From Marsupella aquatica (taxonomy: Eukaryota > Plantae > Marchantiophyta): a DNA stretch of 64,000 bases. The notes beneath the pieces are model-generated. The model saw only the letters and a list, made by a program, of their open reading frames with translations. It was not told where the DNA came from and did not search any database. This document shows, in pieces, positions 1-13,655 of the stretch; the first letter of the stretch is position 1, and each line of letters opens with the position of its first letter. Location of the stretch: assembly GCA_973895155.1 (NCBI GenBank), contig OZ316893.1, positions 21,436,955 to 21,500,954 on the forward strand, written 5' to 3'. The position numbers were made by a program, and so were the translations under genes.

Positions 1-69
1 CGCAAAGCTTCAATCTTCCAGACTTGACAGCTTCGGAATGCGGATTTGTGTGCGGTGAGTTGCGTGCAC

Positions 70-1370
70 TTAAGCTGATGTCGCAGCATGTCCACCCCCT
101 CCCAGGAAGGGCTCGTTGATAAGATCGGCATCGGTCACAGACCGATGAGCTGCAAAAAACATTGCATGTAGAAGTTTTGAGTTAGAATTTTGATACGCTG
201 TCTGTGCTTCACAAGAGCTTAGTCTTATAAAAAAAGTCTACAGGTAGATGCGCCAAGTCATCATGCACTCATGCAACACGAGCGGGAACACGAATCCAGT
301 GAGTGTAGGATACTAACATTTGCCAAGGAATCCCATGACGGAAATTAGAAGCAGGGAAAGTCCCGTAAAGGCCAAGTCTGCTCCAAACGCGATGCTGATG
401 AGCCCGGTTCCGTATTTGCCAGTCATGGACCAGACAACCAAAGCCAAGATCATTGACGCGACGCCACTCACCAACACCACCGGCCAAGTGACAATTTTCC
501 TAACTGCGATGGCCATGAATACTTTTATACACCCCTGCAACCATGCAAACAGTCAGCTCAATGGACATACTCGGTACGTGGTATTGCCAGTTGAAGATTG
601 AAAGCCCATCGGAAAGTTGACCATCCTTTTCTCAAACTTGTCCACATCTGTTCTCCCTCCTACTAGCTAGTATCAAGTCCAATCATGATGCGATGGCCCA
701 GTCCACTAACTTTCAACTGTAATTAATGCACAACCACAAATAGAACAAACATCAAGCTATCGGCTGGTCCGGAATGGGGGTGGAGGCAAAGAGGTCACCA
801 TACATGGAGAATAAACCATCCAGCGAGCAGAATTGTGAGATGAGAGGTGGTCGACGGCGGTCTGATCAACATGTAGATACCGGCTGCCAAATGCAAGCCA
901 CTCAGTAAAAAGAACGCCGTCGTACCAGGGGCACCGCAGATCAAGAGAAACATCAAAAGAGTGACACTCCCGCCGAGAATCAAAAGCCATGCCAGGAGTG
1001 TCTCAACAGCCACTCCGAATACCAGAGGCAGAACGATCGCCAGCGCCCCCACCGCAGCGAACACGATTCCATAGAGACTGTAGTACAGCGTCAGCCGGTC
1101 CAGAGCCTCGTCTGGAATGTGTCCGGACATGGGCCGAATGGGAATCGTGAAATAAAATGTCCTTCCCCTGCTTCCGGCGGCCTGAGAGCGACTCTCTGAG
1201 CCCGCTGGCGGCTGCTCGATGTCTGGAGAAGCTTCGCCATACTCCTCCGTCCGCTCTTCTTTCGTGTCACTCTCCTCCACCTGTTTTCTGCCTTTCTCGC
1301 TCTCCTCACCATCGCCACTCCCTCTCGCACGTACTACTGCATATTTCTCATGCTGCTCTTCTCGCGCCAT
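70..1370 (-). CDS. HdeD/DUF308-like multi-pass membrane protein, paralog A; exons 1370-804, 534-318, 149-70
   Basis: Spliced translation gives a charged N-tail and then about 6 hydrophobic helices (LYGIVFAAVGALAIVLP...LLAWLLILGG...GWFILH|GCIKVFMA...WPVVLVSG...FGADLAFTG). Both introns are GT-AG and in frame. The third exon (HRSVTDADLINEPFL...) matches the third exon of paralog B. The start is taken as ATG 1370; the ORF track starts at a TTG at 1502. Confidence 0.8.
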
Positions 1371-4050
1371 GTCGAGGAGCCGGTCCACTCTTCCTACCAA
1401 ATCCTCCGTGATGACAAAACCTTCCCTTCCCGATCTCGACTCAGACTCGCGAAATTGAACCACCTCAGGCTCACAGGACTCCGAAATTTCAGACTCCAAC
1501 AACCTTCACCATCAATTTCTCCTCACTTTGAGAGCTGAAACACTCTCGAGACCTCTTAATTGAAGCAGAATTCTACCGACATGTCGGTCGATCGCGAGAC
1601 CACCACAGCGAAACTAAATTCGCTTACTCGAACGGCGATTCGACTAGGAAACTATATCCGGCATCCCCAGCAGCGGACCCGCTTCAGATTGAGTACTGCT
1701 CGGATCCGAGGTCGGCGAGGTGCTGAGATTTGGAAGTGCTTGCTCATGGTTTTCTTCGCATGCTGCCCACCGATCGAATTGGAAACAGCTGCCATGCTTC
1801 TCGACGGTATCCCGAACCGTCGCAAAACAGCCGTCGCGGGCGGACGGCGGGATTATCGAATTTCCATTATCTAAAAACGAACAGTCAGCGAAATCTCACC
1901 GTTCGAATCCCGATATCGACGATCGTCCGAGTGTTGTAGTTTAGGCCCAATAGGAAACGTGGGTTAAACTCAGGGCCCGGGAGACGAGTCTGGGGACCCG
2001 GCCCGGTCCGGAGACCCGCGAAAGGGAGCCGTGAGAGGTGTCGGTTAACAGTGTTATCCAAGTGCCATGCATTTGGACAGGTGGGGTGCCACGTCTGTGG
2101 ATTCGCCCTGCCCCGCGATCAGTACCCGCGATACGGGTTGGGGCCTGAGAGTCAGGTTTTGGACGGCCGCGTGGCCCACCGTTTGCATGATGTAGCGTTT
2201 GCATGTGACAGGCGCTGGCGTCCGCAGTGACAGCGTTGCAAAGGAACTTTAATTTTTTAATATAACGTACTCCTTAGCAAAATGGGCTATCCCACAACAG
2301 TCATCATGTGTCGGGACAGTTTCTTTGGAGAAATAAAAAAATATTTGGGAAAAAAATAATTATTTAAGATGGCTTTACGACAAGTGGGGGCCCAGGGCTT
2401 CCATTTCTCCACTTTTAGATTAAATTGTTAGATTGATTCTTGACCTTATAATGAATGGAAACACTTGTAGTTGGCTTTAGAAGAACCCCATGGCCAGGTA
2501 CGGTGTGACCAATCCTAAGTGGCAAGAACTGAGCCCTAGTGAATGCTGATGTGGAGGGCTTGTTTCGTTGAGAATTTTAGGTCGCCTCTAGACATCTGGG
2601 TCTAGACATGTTCAAACTTTTGCTCCTTTATTTAAGGGAATTGGAATTAGTGAGTTTCATTTCAAAGTATTTTTAATCTGATCGAGCAACCATCTGGGCC
2701 TCTCCAATCATCCATTGGACATGCAACCGTGAAGCATTGGAGGATGAGAAAAATGAGAGAAAATGGAGGCAGAAACTTAATTACATAGAGGAAACAGGGC
2801 CTTGGCCCTGAAATAGTTTTACATGCTGTGCTCAGTGAAACAAAAGAAGATCATAAAGCCTATAATTGTGGACAGATCATGCCGTCAATGCTTGTTTGCC
2901 AGGCTGATTATCCTTCAATCTCCCACTTTTCTCAGCAGCAGATTGGTAACAGCTAGCTAGTTAGAAGCAGCTTGGAAAGATCTGTCCTATGAGCCTAATA
3001 TAATCAAATTTGAGTGAAAAGTGAGACCTACAAAGATGATTGTCTCACTTTTTTGCCTCATTGCATTTATTGCTGACATACTACATGAGCGGAAGATATA
3101 GTTTTGCCATGGTAAATTCAGTTTTCAAAAATCTATCTGAGCATTGGTAAATGTGATGGCCCATCCATGCCCAGATTTTTAATGATGAGTGATTTTTGCA
3201 CGAGCCGAGATGACACTAAAGCAGTAGCATACAGTATCAAGGCAGGCGTGGGCTGAGTACTGTAGTGCTTTGTAACATTGCAAAGAGAAGGCACTTTGCA
3301 AAATAAAAAATAAACCAATTGTGTTGGGAAAGGAAAAAAAAAAAGGTCTCACTTTGTAAGATGTGTAGAAATGATGCTCCAATATGGGATAGTGCATGTT
3401 TATTGCCCAGAGTCAACAAGCACTACTGTCAACCGTGTCCTAGCTAGTGCAGGTTCCTGGGAAGATGCCCTAGCCTGCCCATGCACTATGTTATAAATGC
3501 ACAGGTCGGGATATCATTGGTGCAATTCTCCATATGTGCACAGGTCGAACTACCTCTAAGTGCATGGGTAATTGCCTACCCTCTTCCCCATGAGTCTTGT
3601 CAGGTCACTCACACCACTCTTCATAAAGTGAGCTCTCATATTGCACAATTCAACTGGATACATGCATGAAACTACTTGATGTAATTGTCTGCTGCACTTA
3701 TGAGTCCGTGTTTCTTACATATGCATCGCAGTATCTGATAGATGCATGCCTATCATAAGTATAGATGGAAATGGGCTTATGCAATTAGTATCATTTAATG
3801 ATGCTTAACATGCACTTATGCAAACTGCATTTTTGGTGCATTTCCAAAGAAAATCTTATAATACTAGGAACTATGCATATGTCTGGCTTACACAAGTGTG
3901 GGATGCATTAATTTATAAATCCTGCACTTGCTTGTGCACTAGACAATACATTCCCAACACGTGTTACTTTTCTGTACAACAATTACCCCATCCCTTACCC
4001 AAACCTCATTTTTGGGGGTAACTTTTGTCCAAAAGATGATTAGATCTTAT

Positions 4051-4360
4051 TGTCAGGAATTAACTCGAGTTCCCGACTTTAGTTAGTTTGTCTTACAAGG
4101 GTTAGTTAATTCTTGATTACATTAGGATAAAATTTTCTTTGATTAGGCCCACATGTTTCAGCGCCCCCTGGGGGGTTGGTTAGCCAGAGAGCATTATTTC
4201 CCTCATTCTTCACATATACTTGGGCATGTATTCTCATATGCTATGAATCCTTCATGAGTTTCTTTACTTGTGGTATCTTGTCAGTGTAGCGTTTGATTGA
4301 GTGTGCTCTCATGTTCCGCATTTGTTATCTAGTCTGAAACGATGGCTTCTTATACTTATT
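4051..4360 (+). repeat. Dispersed repeat, probable LTR fragment or solo LTR; related copy at about 44715-44999 (minus)
   Basis: Starts TGTCAGGAATT. It shares blocks such as CTTTAGTTAG, TTGATT.CATTAGGATAA, GATTAGGCCCACA and GTGCTCTCATGTT with the reverse complement of 44715-44999, which starts TGTTAGGAATT. No TSD found. Confidence 0.55.
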
Positions 4361-5827
4361 ATAAATTCTAGGGTATTAAAATAACATGGAGTAAATCTGG
4401 TTAACCAGTTATAACCTTCAATTGTTTCATACAATAGTTAGTGTATATAGTGTCAACGAGCACTACGATATTGGCAGGCAAACCTTTTTTCAGGACAAGA
4501 GTTAGTGAATTGTCAACAAGCACTATGGTATTTACTTAGAGATCTTTGTGCAGGGCAAAAATGTAGGCATTGTTCCTTTTTGGAAGAACACTCCATCCAC
4601 ATAGTTTTGCATGAGTGAGTGGGCAACACACCACGACCCCAATGCCAGTTCTGGTGCATCTATGGCCCAGGTTTAACTTTCCTACAGGCCAATGGGAACC
4701 AAAAAAGAAATTAACTTTAAAATGCCACTAAACGTCATCTCAGTGGCATTCCCCGTCACTGTCTCCAATGGTTAGTACGGAATTGGTCTACTATGCTATG
4801 TATTTATTCTTAGGTCTATAGTCATTAGGTAATTGTAGCAAGTCTAACTGTAGTTAGATGCTTGTTTTAAGCAACCTATATGTTCTTCAACAAAAACTTA
4901 AAAGTTTTTCACTAAACCCAACACAAAAATCTTATACTAATTTGCGCAAGATGGGTTGAAAGAAAACAAGTGAGGAACTCCGGTTTCAAATTTTTAGTAA
5001 TGTGTAATGTTGCTTTAAAGTAGAAAGTTTATTCTCTTTCAGAATTTGAGTATGTAAGTAGGGGAATTAGAGGCTGCTTTAGGGATGAAGAACGAGGTCC
5101 ATGGTGAATGAGGGTGTGGAAGAGCAAGGGTGCTAGTGATCAGGATGGGGCCAGCAATAATGGTTTTCCAAAGGAGGGCATTAGGGTTGTCTGGAGGTCT
5201 AGCATTGTAGCATAACGCATCCTAAGCATGCAGCCCAACTATCAAGGCCACACAATGCAACCAATACGTTCCTAGTCATGGGGGCAGCAACCAGGGTTTC
5301 TTAGTAACCCTGGCACAAGCAAAAGTGAGTGTGGCTTGGTGATGGTCATGGGTACTCACAAAAAGTATCTCAATTCTGTAGAGTCTTTGCTAAACCTGGG
5401 TCCTCAATCATTGAATGCCAGAACTAGTATGCAAAGAAATATAAAAATCCTCCAACCATGGCACAGTCGCCACAAAGACTTTGATGTAATGCCTCTCAGC
5501 TTACACGCACTTGGTCACTGAAAAGTTCAGAAAAAAGTAGTTGAATCCCATATTTGTATGAAAAGACACCATAGGTACTGTATGTTCATGCTGAAATTCA
5601 GTTACAATGCCTTTCTTGTGACAGGAGAGTACCATGGCAACAGTTGCTACCATCATACCTGTGTGCGTGCATGACATTGTTCATTTGAGTCCCTTGTGTA
5701 TTCTTCTCATAAGTACCTCACACAACCCCACACCCGACAAAGGTACGCTACAAAGCAGCAATGAGTTTATATTTCATTTACAGGTCACAACACTGTCGCA
5801 TTTACACATTTCCCTGCAGTCTGGAGG

Positions 5828-6114
5828 GTTTTGGCAGTCCATAGGAGAACAATGGCAAACATGACAAGCTTTTTTTGAAGTAACAATTGCATGGAAATGT
5901 AAGGTACCGGCTACCAACACCGGTTTTTGGCAGTCCACAGGAGCAATATGGCAAACATGACAAGCTTTATTTTAAATACCAATTACATGGAAATGCTAGG
6001 TACCTGTTACCAACACCCGTTTTTGTCAGTCCATGGGAGCTAAATGGCAAACATGAGAAGCACTTTTTTAAATAGCAATTACTTGGAAATGAGAGGTACC
6101 GGCTACCAATACCT
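5828..6114. repeat. Tandem repeat, about 96-bp unit x3
   Basis: The unit TTTTG(G/T)CAGTCCA...ATGGCAAACATGA...GGAAATG...GGTACC..TACCAA recurs at about 5829, 5924 and 6021. Confidence 0.85.
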
Positions 6115-6732
6115 GAAAACCGGCTATGACTTGATTTTTCATTTACAGCTCAAATTACTGTAAGAGCACATTTACACATTTGCATGCTCTCTTTATAGTA
6201 TTGGCAGTCCAATTGAGCTTACGAGCCCATCATCCAACACACCATACAGCCTTCAACTACGACACGTTGTGAAGTAACCGGATCCGAGAAGAGTGCCCAC
6301 ATGACCTTTGATGGCAGCCCCAAACTTTTCAGGGAAAGTAATGGGGAAATACTGAGCTCCTTACTGTTTCCGTCCTAAAAAGATTTGCACTTAGTAGATC
6401 TAGTTCAGTTCTTGAAAGCATCTTCAGAACGTACCCCAAGTTCCACGAGATGAATTTGCAGTGTGAGGGAATTTTCTGGGGCCTTCAAAGTGTTCTTGAC
6501 AAATTGCCACAACGAAGGAACCCTTGCCGATCGGAGTTTTGAACGGTAAGCGAGACTCAAATCATACTCGACGACGACTACTTCATCACATATTATCGTT
6601 GATGAGCCAGTGAGAGACGTCCATGCAAATCCCTCACACGTATCATATCTGTTCTTCCCGTAAATGCCAACTTTCTCATTTTAAAAAATTCATTATACCC
6701 ATGGGCTACAAAAATCTGTTGGACACTCCTAA

Positions 6733-8704
6733 TTACGAGGGCGATATCCATATGCTGTAAATTCGCTGTCCTATCTTACAATCCACTTTTCTGACCTGTG
6801 ATGACCATAACATTCTTTTCTTACCCCCTGGAGCGTTCAAGCTTGCATTGACTTTGTTCAGTTCGGTGGCCACCCTCTGCAGGGATGGCGAAACCTCTCC
6901 TAAGGCCCATGCAAGTGAAATGTGAGGTCGTGGTTCCTGCCAAAGGATACTCAGTTCAAAACTTCCGAGTTTGGGGTAGACCAACCGCAATTTATGTGAA
7001 AGCAGTAGAAGGGAGACGATCCTGAAGGCTATGGCGTACAATTAAAAGGATGCATGAACTGAACGAGCCTGTAACATAGATGACTCCATGAAGTAGAATA
7101 TCAAGCAAGGAAAAGCAAACTGAATCTAATCTAGAACCGGTGAAAGCTTGAGAATATCCGGACATCGTCTTTATCTGCAAGGAGAGTTCAAAATCTGGCA
7201 TGTTCGTTGCAGGATATACCTTGTAAAAAGCGGGCAGATTATGGAGTCTGAAAACATCGTCAACAAGCGTGACTTGCTTTTGTGTCTGCAAAGCCCAAAA
7301 TACTCTACTTCAAAATCTTGCTGTACCAAATCAAGAAAATACTCAGTAAATCTGTAATGTCAATAAAGTTGCTCACCTCAACAAGGCCTGCTGTGGTGAT
7401 TTCTACGGATAAAAAAGTTCTTGTCTTTTCATCATTCGTGAACACCTCCCAAGAGTCAAAACCTGCCAGATATCTACCAAGCCACGGAATTCATTAGCCC
7501 ACCTGCTACGGCTTATCGTTAATGGTGTCATAGATTTGAAACCTTGGTACAGAAACCAAAACTTTACCTATTGTGAGAAGAGAATTTGCGACGAAGCATG
7601 GAAATGATGCTCTCAATTTGGTGTATGCGAATCGGCACTGTTCGTGAGAGACTGATATGGTACTCTATGCCCGACTTCAATCGCCCTGAGCTCCCAGGGT
7701 GCAATCCCATCCCTCCGTAATTACCGACTGATGGTTCTGCTAAACCTTCCTCCAATAGCCGAAGCCCGGGATAAGCTTGTATGGCCTTGTCAATGAGTTG
7801 CTCAACCTCGCTCCTCGCAAATGAGGGCAATGTAACTGCATCAGAAGCATCCCATAAGTTTGCATCACCTCAAAGGAGCCCAAAGACTCACCCTGACGAC
7901 AATACTGAGAAGGAAGGTTATAGTAACTGTACCTTTCGGTTGTCATCCTATGTAGGAGAGTTCATCCGACTGTCTAGCCAAGTGTCCATGGTTGTGTTTT
8001 AAAATGGTTCCCCGGAACTTACAGTTCCACCTTAGGAAGAATGGAGAAGGAAGAAAGTCTAAAGGAACCTAAAAGTCCACAGGCAAGCAAGCAAGCTAAG
8101 AGCCTAAAGGTAGAAAGCTTAGTTACCAGGAATGTACACGTGAAGTGGATAATTTCCCTCGACATGAGGGAAACTACGGATGCGTCCATCGTGCAACCTC
8201 TCATTCCACTTGTCACTGCCTGGACAGGAAAGTCACACAAAATTGCACACATTCAAACAGGACACAAACAAGATTGGGTAGTGTTGAGGCACATAAGCAT
8301 ATCCACGACTCATTTCGTCTCACATCGTGAGGCTCGTCATCCTTCTAGCTCATCTCAACCTAAAACACAGAGACACGTTAAGATGTATTACTGACCTAAA
8401 CCTACTTTTCCATTACCCACGAGATAAACCACTTGAACTCAAAGCACTCTCTAAATGCAGTTCGGTCAAATGCGCAACCTGGAGGCAACAAATCCTCAGG
8501 AGGAGGAGGCAACAACGTTGAAGAAGTGGTTGCTGGAAAGCGCAGCGAGACAGAGTTTTGTTGAACGGGATTAACATCTAAAGTGGGGCCCCTCTCCAGC
8601 TCTGAAGACTGGATTGTTGTGACACCTTCCAAAATTTCGGATGAGGGCTGAGGAGGATCTCCATCAGAATCCGTGTCCGATCCATAAATCAACAGCGACT
8701 CCAT
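6733..8704 (-). CDS. USB1: U6 snRNA phosphodiesterase USB1 (2H phosphoesterase); exons 8704-8479, 8219-8127, 7835-7568, 7473-7377, 7285-7220, 6936-6733
   Basis: Spliced product contains MESLLIYGSD..., GRIRSFPHVEGNYPLHVYIP, YHISLSRTVPI, WEVFTNDEKTRTFLS and FYKEPRPHISLAWALG, so both HxS catalytic motifs are present. All introns are GT-AG and in frame. Confidence 0.92.
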
Positions 8705-11700
8705 ACCATTTCACCTTGTTGTTTGGTCGCGGTCTAGTCTAGCAGAGCATAGTGACATGCACCTCAATCCGCTTCATTGCTTTCTGTTGCTACATATGCC
8801 TTTGCAAGATCCTCCAAGTCCTGTCCGGAAGCCATTGAGTCGAACCTGCCCCTGAAGGAATTGGAACGCAAATAAATCACCCCCCGAAGGTCTAATTTCT
8901 AGGCCTACCGAACAGGAGACAATACTATAATTGCCACCGATCACAATTGTACAAGGAAGGGGGGAATGGGGAGGCGCACTTGGACAATTCCTGGAACGTC
9001 AATAATGTGAGGGACTGGTCAGTCAAGAAGTCGGGGCTGCAAGTAGGGGTGATAAGGGTCGAAACACCCTGCTTTGAAGCCCAGCATGCACACTTGAGAC
9101 ACAGTTCATTGACGGCAATGTATGTTATAAAAGCGATTTGTCAAGCAGCAGAATGATTGTCAATCATGAGCCACAGTTGAGTGAGCTCTTGGTCCTCTTT
9201 CCTCCTTGCCAGCTCTCGACCTCACTCAAAGTGCAATTTCGACTAAATGTCTCATGGATCTCATGATCGATGCTCACAGCCACATATTTGCCTCTACTCT
9301 CCGTCATTATATAGGTGCACCAGCAAGAGAACGGAACGGAATGCAAAGGAGTGCATGGTTTGGGTCGAAACGCCCGACTTTGAACTGCTTCTCTATTTCA
9401 ATTACTTTAAACATTGAAGTAATAAAAAATTGGGAATGTGAAGGTTTAATTCGGGCAGCGTTCATGGAGTCTGTGGTCGCCAGGACCCAGAGAAACCAAT
9501 CAGCTGAGCTGATCAACCTGGAGAGACCTAGGTCATGTCGTTCGAAGCTCTCTCTCCCTTTCCCACACATCTCTCCCACAGTCACACGCATACGTCCACG
9601 GACAACTTTCCTGGCTAGAATTTCGTGGCGTTTCGGCAAGCAGTGGAAGTGGATGACTGAGTCGATAGCCTTAACTGAGGATTGTGTGAACTAATTCTTG
9701 CAACACTTGAGAAATTACAATTCGCAGATTGGCATTCAGACTGTCATGTATATTCAAGAAGTACCTGGTAAGGACGAAAACAATGTCGGAAGCTAGCCTT
9801 GTGAGTCGAGATCCCTCGTGCTGATCGCAGACTACACTGACGCAAAATAATTTCAATGCTGTCGCAAACGTTCTGTCAATCACTCTGTGGGTCAATCACT
9901 CTGTGGGGCGCAATCACTCTATGAGCCCGGTTTGAACTAAGTTGCCGAGCCCGGTTTGCCGAGACGGGCAAGTTGCCGAGTTGCCCGGCACATAAACTCG
10001 GTATTTGTCGGGTGAAGAAGGTTCTATTTGACGTATATTCGCGATTATTCCCCGTCCCGGCGCCGTCCCTTCCCGAACCATTCCCGGCCAAGACCCTGCC
10101 CGGTCCCCGACCCTGCCGCCCTAACCCTCCCGGACCCGGCCCTGCCCCTGCACCCGGCCCCGACCGGGTGAGTGGTGAGGGGCCGGGTCCCCCTCCTCCC
10201 GAACCCCCTCCTCCTGAACTCCCCCTCCTCCCCGGACAAAGAGAGCTGCAAAGCGGTTCGCAGCAGAATCCCCACTTGCTAGCTCGAATATATAGGGTAA
10301 TGGCAGCTTGGTCTGGGGTTACTATAACCCTGTGACCAAAAAGTGAAAAAATGCTGACAGGAAATTTTCAAGAGCCAGTAAATCCTAAGTTTTTCTGAGC
10401 TTTGTGGTAACAGGTTTGGGAGTTTTTTTGAGCTTTGTGGGAACAGGTTTAAGACAAGCTTGGAAGTTTTTCTGATCTTTGTGTGAGGTTTCACACACTA
10501 ACCCCAGCCCAAGCAATCATTATCGTAAGTAATACCTATTCGGAAAAAGATTACTGGGCAAGATTTTCTGGGCACAAGGTTATGGAAATGGTGGCACCTA
10601 GTAGACAAGGTTACACACCAACAAGAATCACACAGGTCAGGTTCTCAGGGTGACTAACGTTTTAGTGAAGAGACACACTGTATATGCTCCTTTGCGAATG
10701 CGTGACATGTGCCATGAGACTCATTTTGTTTTATTAGGCATTAAGAGGTTGCGACCTGCACGGACTGGAAGCTTTCCGGCCCTTGCCCCTTGGGACCCCG
10801 GGAAAAGCGGCGACAGGACTGCCACAGGAGGGGGTTATGCTACAAACCTCTCATTCAAACATATCCTCCCTGAGGTTCAAGGCAGCATTTCTTAGGACCC
10901 TCCACATGCGAGTTGGGCCTTAACCCGCGTTGTCTTTGGATGCAGATCTGGTTGATCAAATAAATTTGGCTGTGCAGGCATAATGTCACCCTGTAATCTA
11001 GCTATTCTGGACCTTTAAAAGACTACTGTTGATAACCTAAAGTTTCTGTCGAAAGTTACATGTACCTACAAGAAGAATTTCCTTCAGCAGCAGAAGTCTC
11101 TAGGGCTGCTACAACTATGTCAAGGCAACAGACAAGCTACACAAATGAGACAAAGACTAACCAAAATAGCATAGAAATTTTATTGCACAAGATTTTTCTT
11201 CGTATCTATTTACATTCAAGGAACTGGGTCATTGGGCTAGTCCATTTGTTTTTTTAAGTGCAATTGGTTGTGAATCAGCCCCATACTTCGCAACCAGTGG
11301 CCCATTTCATATCTCTTCATGTTTTTGAGTGTGACTAGCTATAAATGAATCCACTTTTGGGTGGGATGTGTATTAAAAAGGATTGATGTCAGAAAAATTC
11401 AAATCTAGGTCTTGGCCTCCCCAATCAAATGCTCTACCATTGCATAACAAGTGATACACATTGAGAACCACCCACAACTAGTATTTAACCTAAAAGTGGG
11501 GTCAGGCACATGCAAGCAAACGCCTCCCGAACCATTCAGGTCGAATGACAATAATGAGGCTGAATGACCCTTCCACTCTTCTTGCCTATGGTCACTTCAT
11601 CCGCTGCCTGCAAAAAAGTGATGATCACATGTTTTTTCTTACTGTAAATCCTTTTGAATGAACCCCACATGAGTGGGTTTGTGACAAAAGTAACCGTGGT

Positions 11701-12227
11701 AACTGACAAGATTCAAACTACACTGTCATGCCGAGGGACAATGCCTCTTATGCACATCGGCATGTCCCTCGCATGCCCGCTAGGTATGTGGTTAGGGCTA
11801 GTGTACTACTTGAGTTAGCGACATGTTCTTATAGCAAATGTCAGGCGTTCTTGAAGCAAACGCGCTTGTTAGTGTGACGCCAGGACTTTGTTTACTTAGG
11901 GCATGTCTTTCTTTGTGGGTTTTTCAGTTCTTCTTGAATCACTGTTGACAGAGCTCAGACAATGCTCTTCGGTTCCGTACACGGGATTCACACAGTGATT
12001 CGTTAGATGCTCCCGGCCGATCTTGGCATCCTGCCGATTTTTGATTCGATTTCAGTACAATTGTTTCTCTTACGCCTTTTATTCAAGAAGAACTGCCGAG
12101 TGAAGGGAAGAAAATCAAAAACGTTGTGCTTCTCAGCTGCTCATGCCGGTCTAGACAATTTCCGTCAAAGCCGGTGCAATTTCTTTGCAGAAAAATCAAG
12201 CGATGGGGTTAGAGTTAGATTTTTCCT

Positions 12228-13510
12228 TGTATACACATCACTTATGTGTATACACTTAAACTCTCGGACTGGCGGAGTACACCCAGGAGAAGACGAGGGG
12301 AGAGCTTCCGGGAGGTTTTGCATGTTGCCCAGGTTTTTCTTTTCCGGCCGCAACCTGCTTCACGACCTACTGCCGTGACCTTCACTGGCGACTTGCTGCC
12401 GACTGCACACGGCGCAGTGCTCTTGCTGGAGTTTTTAACGACCCTTTGAAGCCCCTTTTTTGTTGGTTTTATGGCCATTTCTCGGCCACGGCTGCCATCC
12501 TGCATCGGCTGCCGCGCGACAACCTCCGGACTGCCTCGACCACTGCGCGACTGCTTCTCGACTACATAGGGCCGCGCGCCCGTTTTCATTTTGCCTTTTT
12601 TGCCATTTTTTGCCTTCGTCGCCTTGCCACTCCTTTCGCTTTGGTGTGCAGGCTGTGCATAGGGCATCGTGCCCCTTGCCTCGCCCATTTCCTTCCTTCT
12701 TTTTCCCTACCGTTATCAGCAATTAAAGCAGCTGGATGGGGGGGAAGCGAGCGCAAGGAGAGGGCACAAGGCCCTATGGAGAATAAAGAGGGGGAGGGGG
12801 AGTAATCATTCGACTCCCTCTCTTGGGAGTCCCCCCCTGCAGGGCACAAAGCCCATCCAGCAGCATTAAGGAAGGAGGGGGAAGCGAAAGGAGGGCACCA
12901 AGCCCTAGGTAGCATTAAGTGGGGAGGAGGTGATTTTTGGCAGTAATGGAGGAGCCCTGCCAGAAGCAAAGCGAGGGAGAGGGCATGAGGCCCAACAGGA
13001 ATCATTAAGGAGGGGAGAGGGAGCTCGTAGCCTCTCTTTGGGAGTTCATAAAGGGGGGCACGAAGCCCTATGGAGGGTTCAGGAGCCATTAAGAGGGGCT
13101 CATTTCTTTCTGTTTGCCCTTGCCTTAATTTCGCGTCAGTTTTTCTTTGGCACTTACCCTGCCTCGCCTCACCCTTTCTTTGTCTTTCAGGCTGGATTCT
13201 TTCCTTTCGCCTTGCTGCGCCTCGCCTTGCTCGACAGCATAGGGCTGCACACCATTTTTATTGTTGTGTATAGGTCGCTTGCCTATACACATTCGGCCAG
13301 TCGGCCTTAAACCCAATGTGTATACACTTAGGGGCGGGCCCGTTTTACTCGTATTTCTTTTCCCTCGATGCACCTCCCTTGCTTTCCATTCCGAACGGCT
13401 GCACTTTCCGGGTCCACAATGGGGCCCGATGTGTATAGATTTTAGGGGCCCTCCTTTACGCCCTCCTCATATGCATACCGCTGCGGGTCCTGTGTCTACA
13501 CATCGGACGG
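12228..13510. promoter_or_regulatory. CpG-rich structured region upstream of the gag-pol; putative 5' leader or promoter of the retroelement
   Basis: Hairpins TGTATACACAT/ATGTGTATACA (12228-12254) and TGTGTATAGG/CCTATACACA (13265-13291). About 5 purine-rich units with GGGCA..(A/G)GCCC...CATTAAG lie at 12760-13100. Membership in the element is inferred from position only. Confidence 0.35.
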
Positions 13511-13655
13511 TCAATTTGGCATATAATAGGCAAATGTGAAGGGGGCTGAATTTGCGCTTTTAAGGGTCATTTTTTTTCCGACGGGTTGTCTTTGTAACGG
13601 TTTTTATGTGTGTTCACACATTTTGTACATTTGGCACCCTGGGTTAGCATGCAGC

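Noticed and set aside
9973-10335. Proline-rich 120-aa ORF
   Set aside because: It has a non-ATG start and arises from GC-rich low-complexity, promoter-like DNA upstream of USB1. No recognisable domain.
12007-13539. Several overlapping 90-170 aa ORFs upstream of gag, including a Lys-rich antisense ORF
   Set aside because: They are explained by GC-rich, strand-biased repeats. No motifs support a protein, although an accessory ORF cannot be fully excluded.
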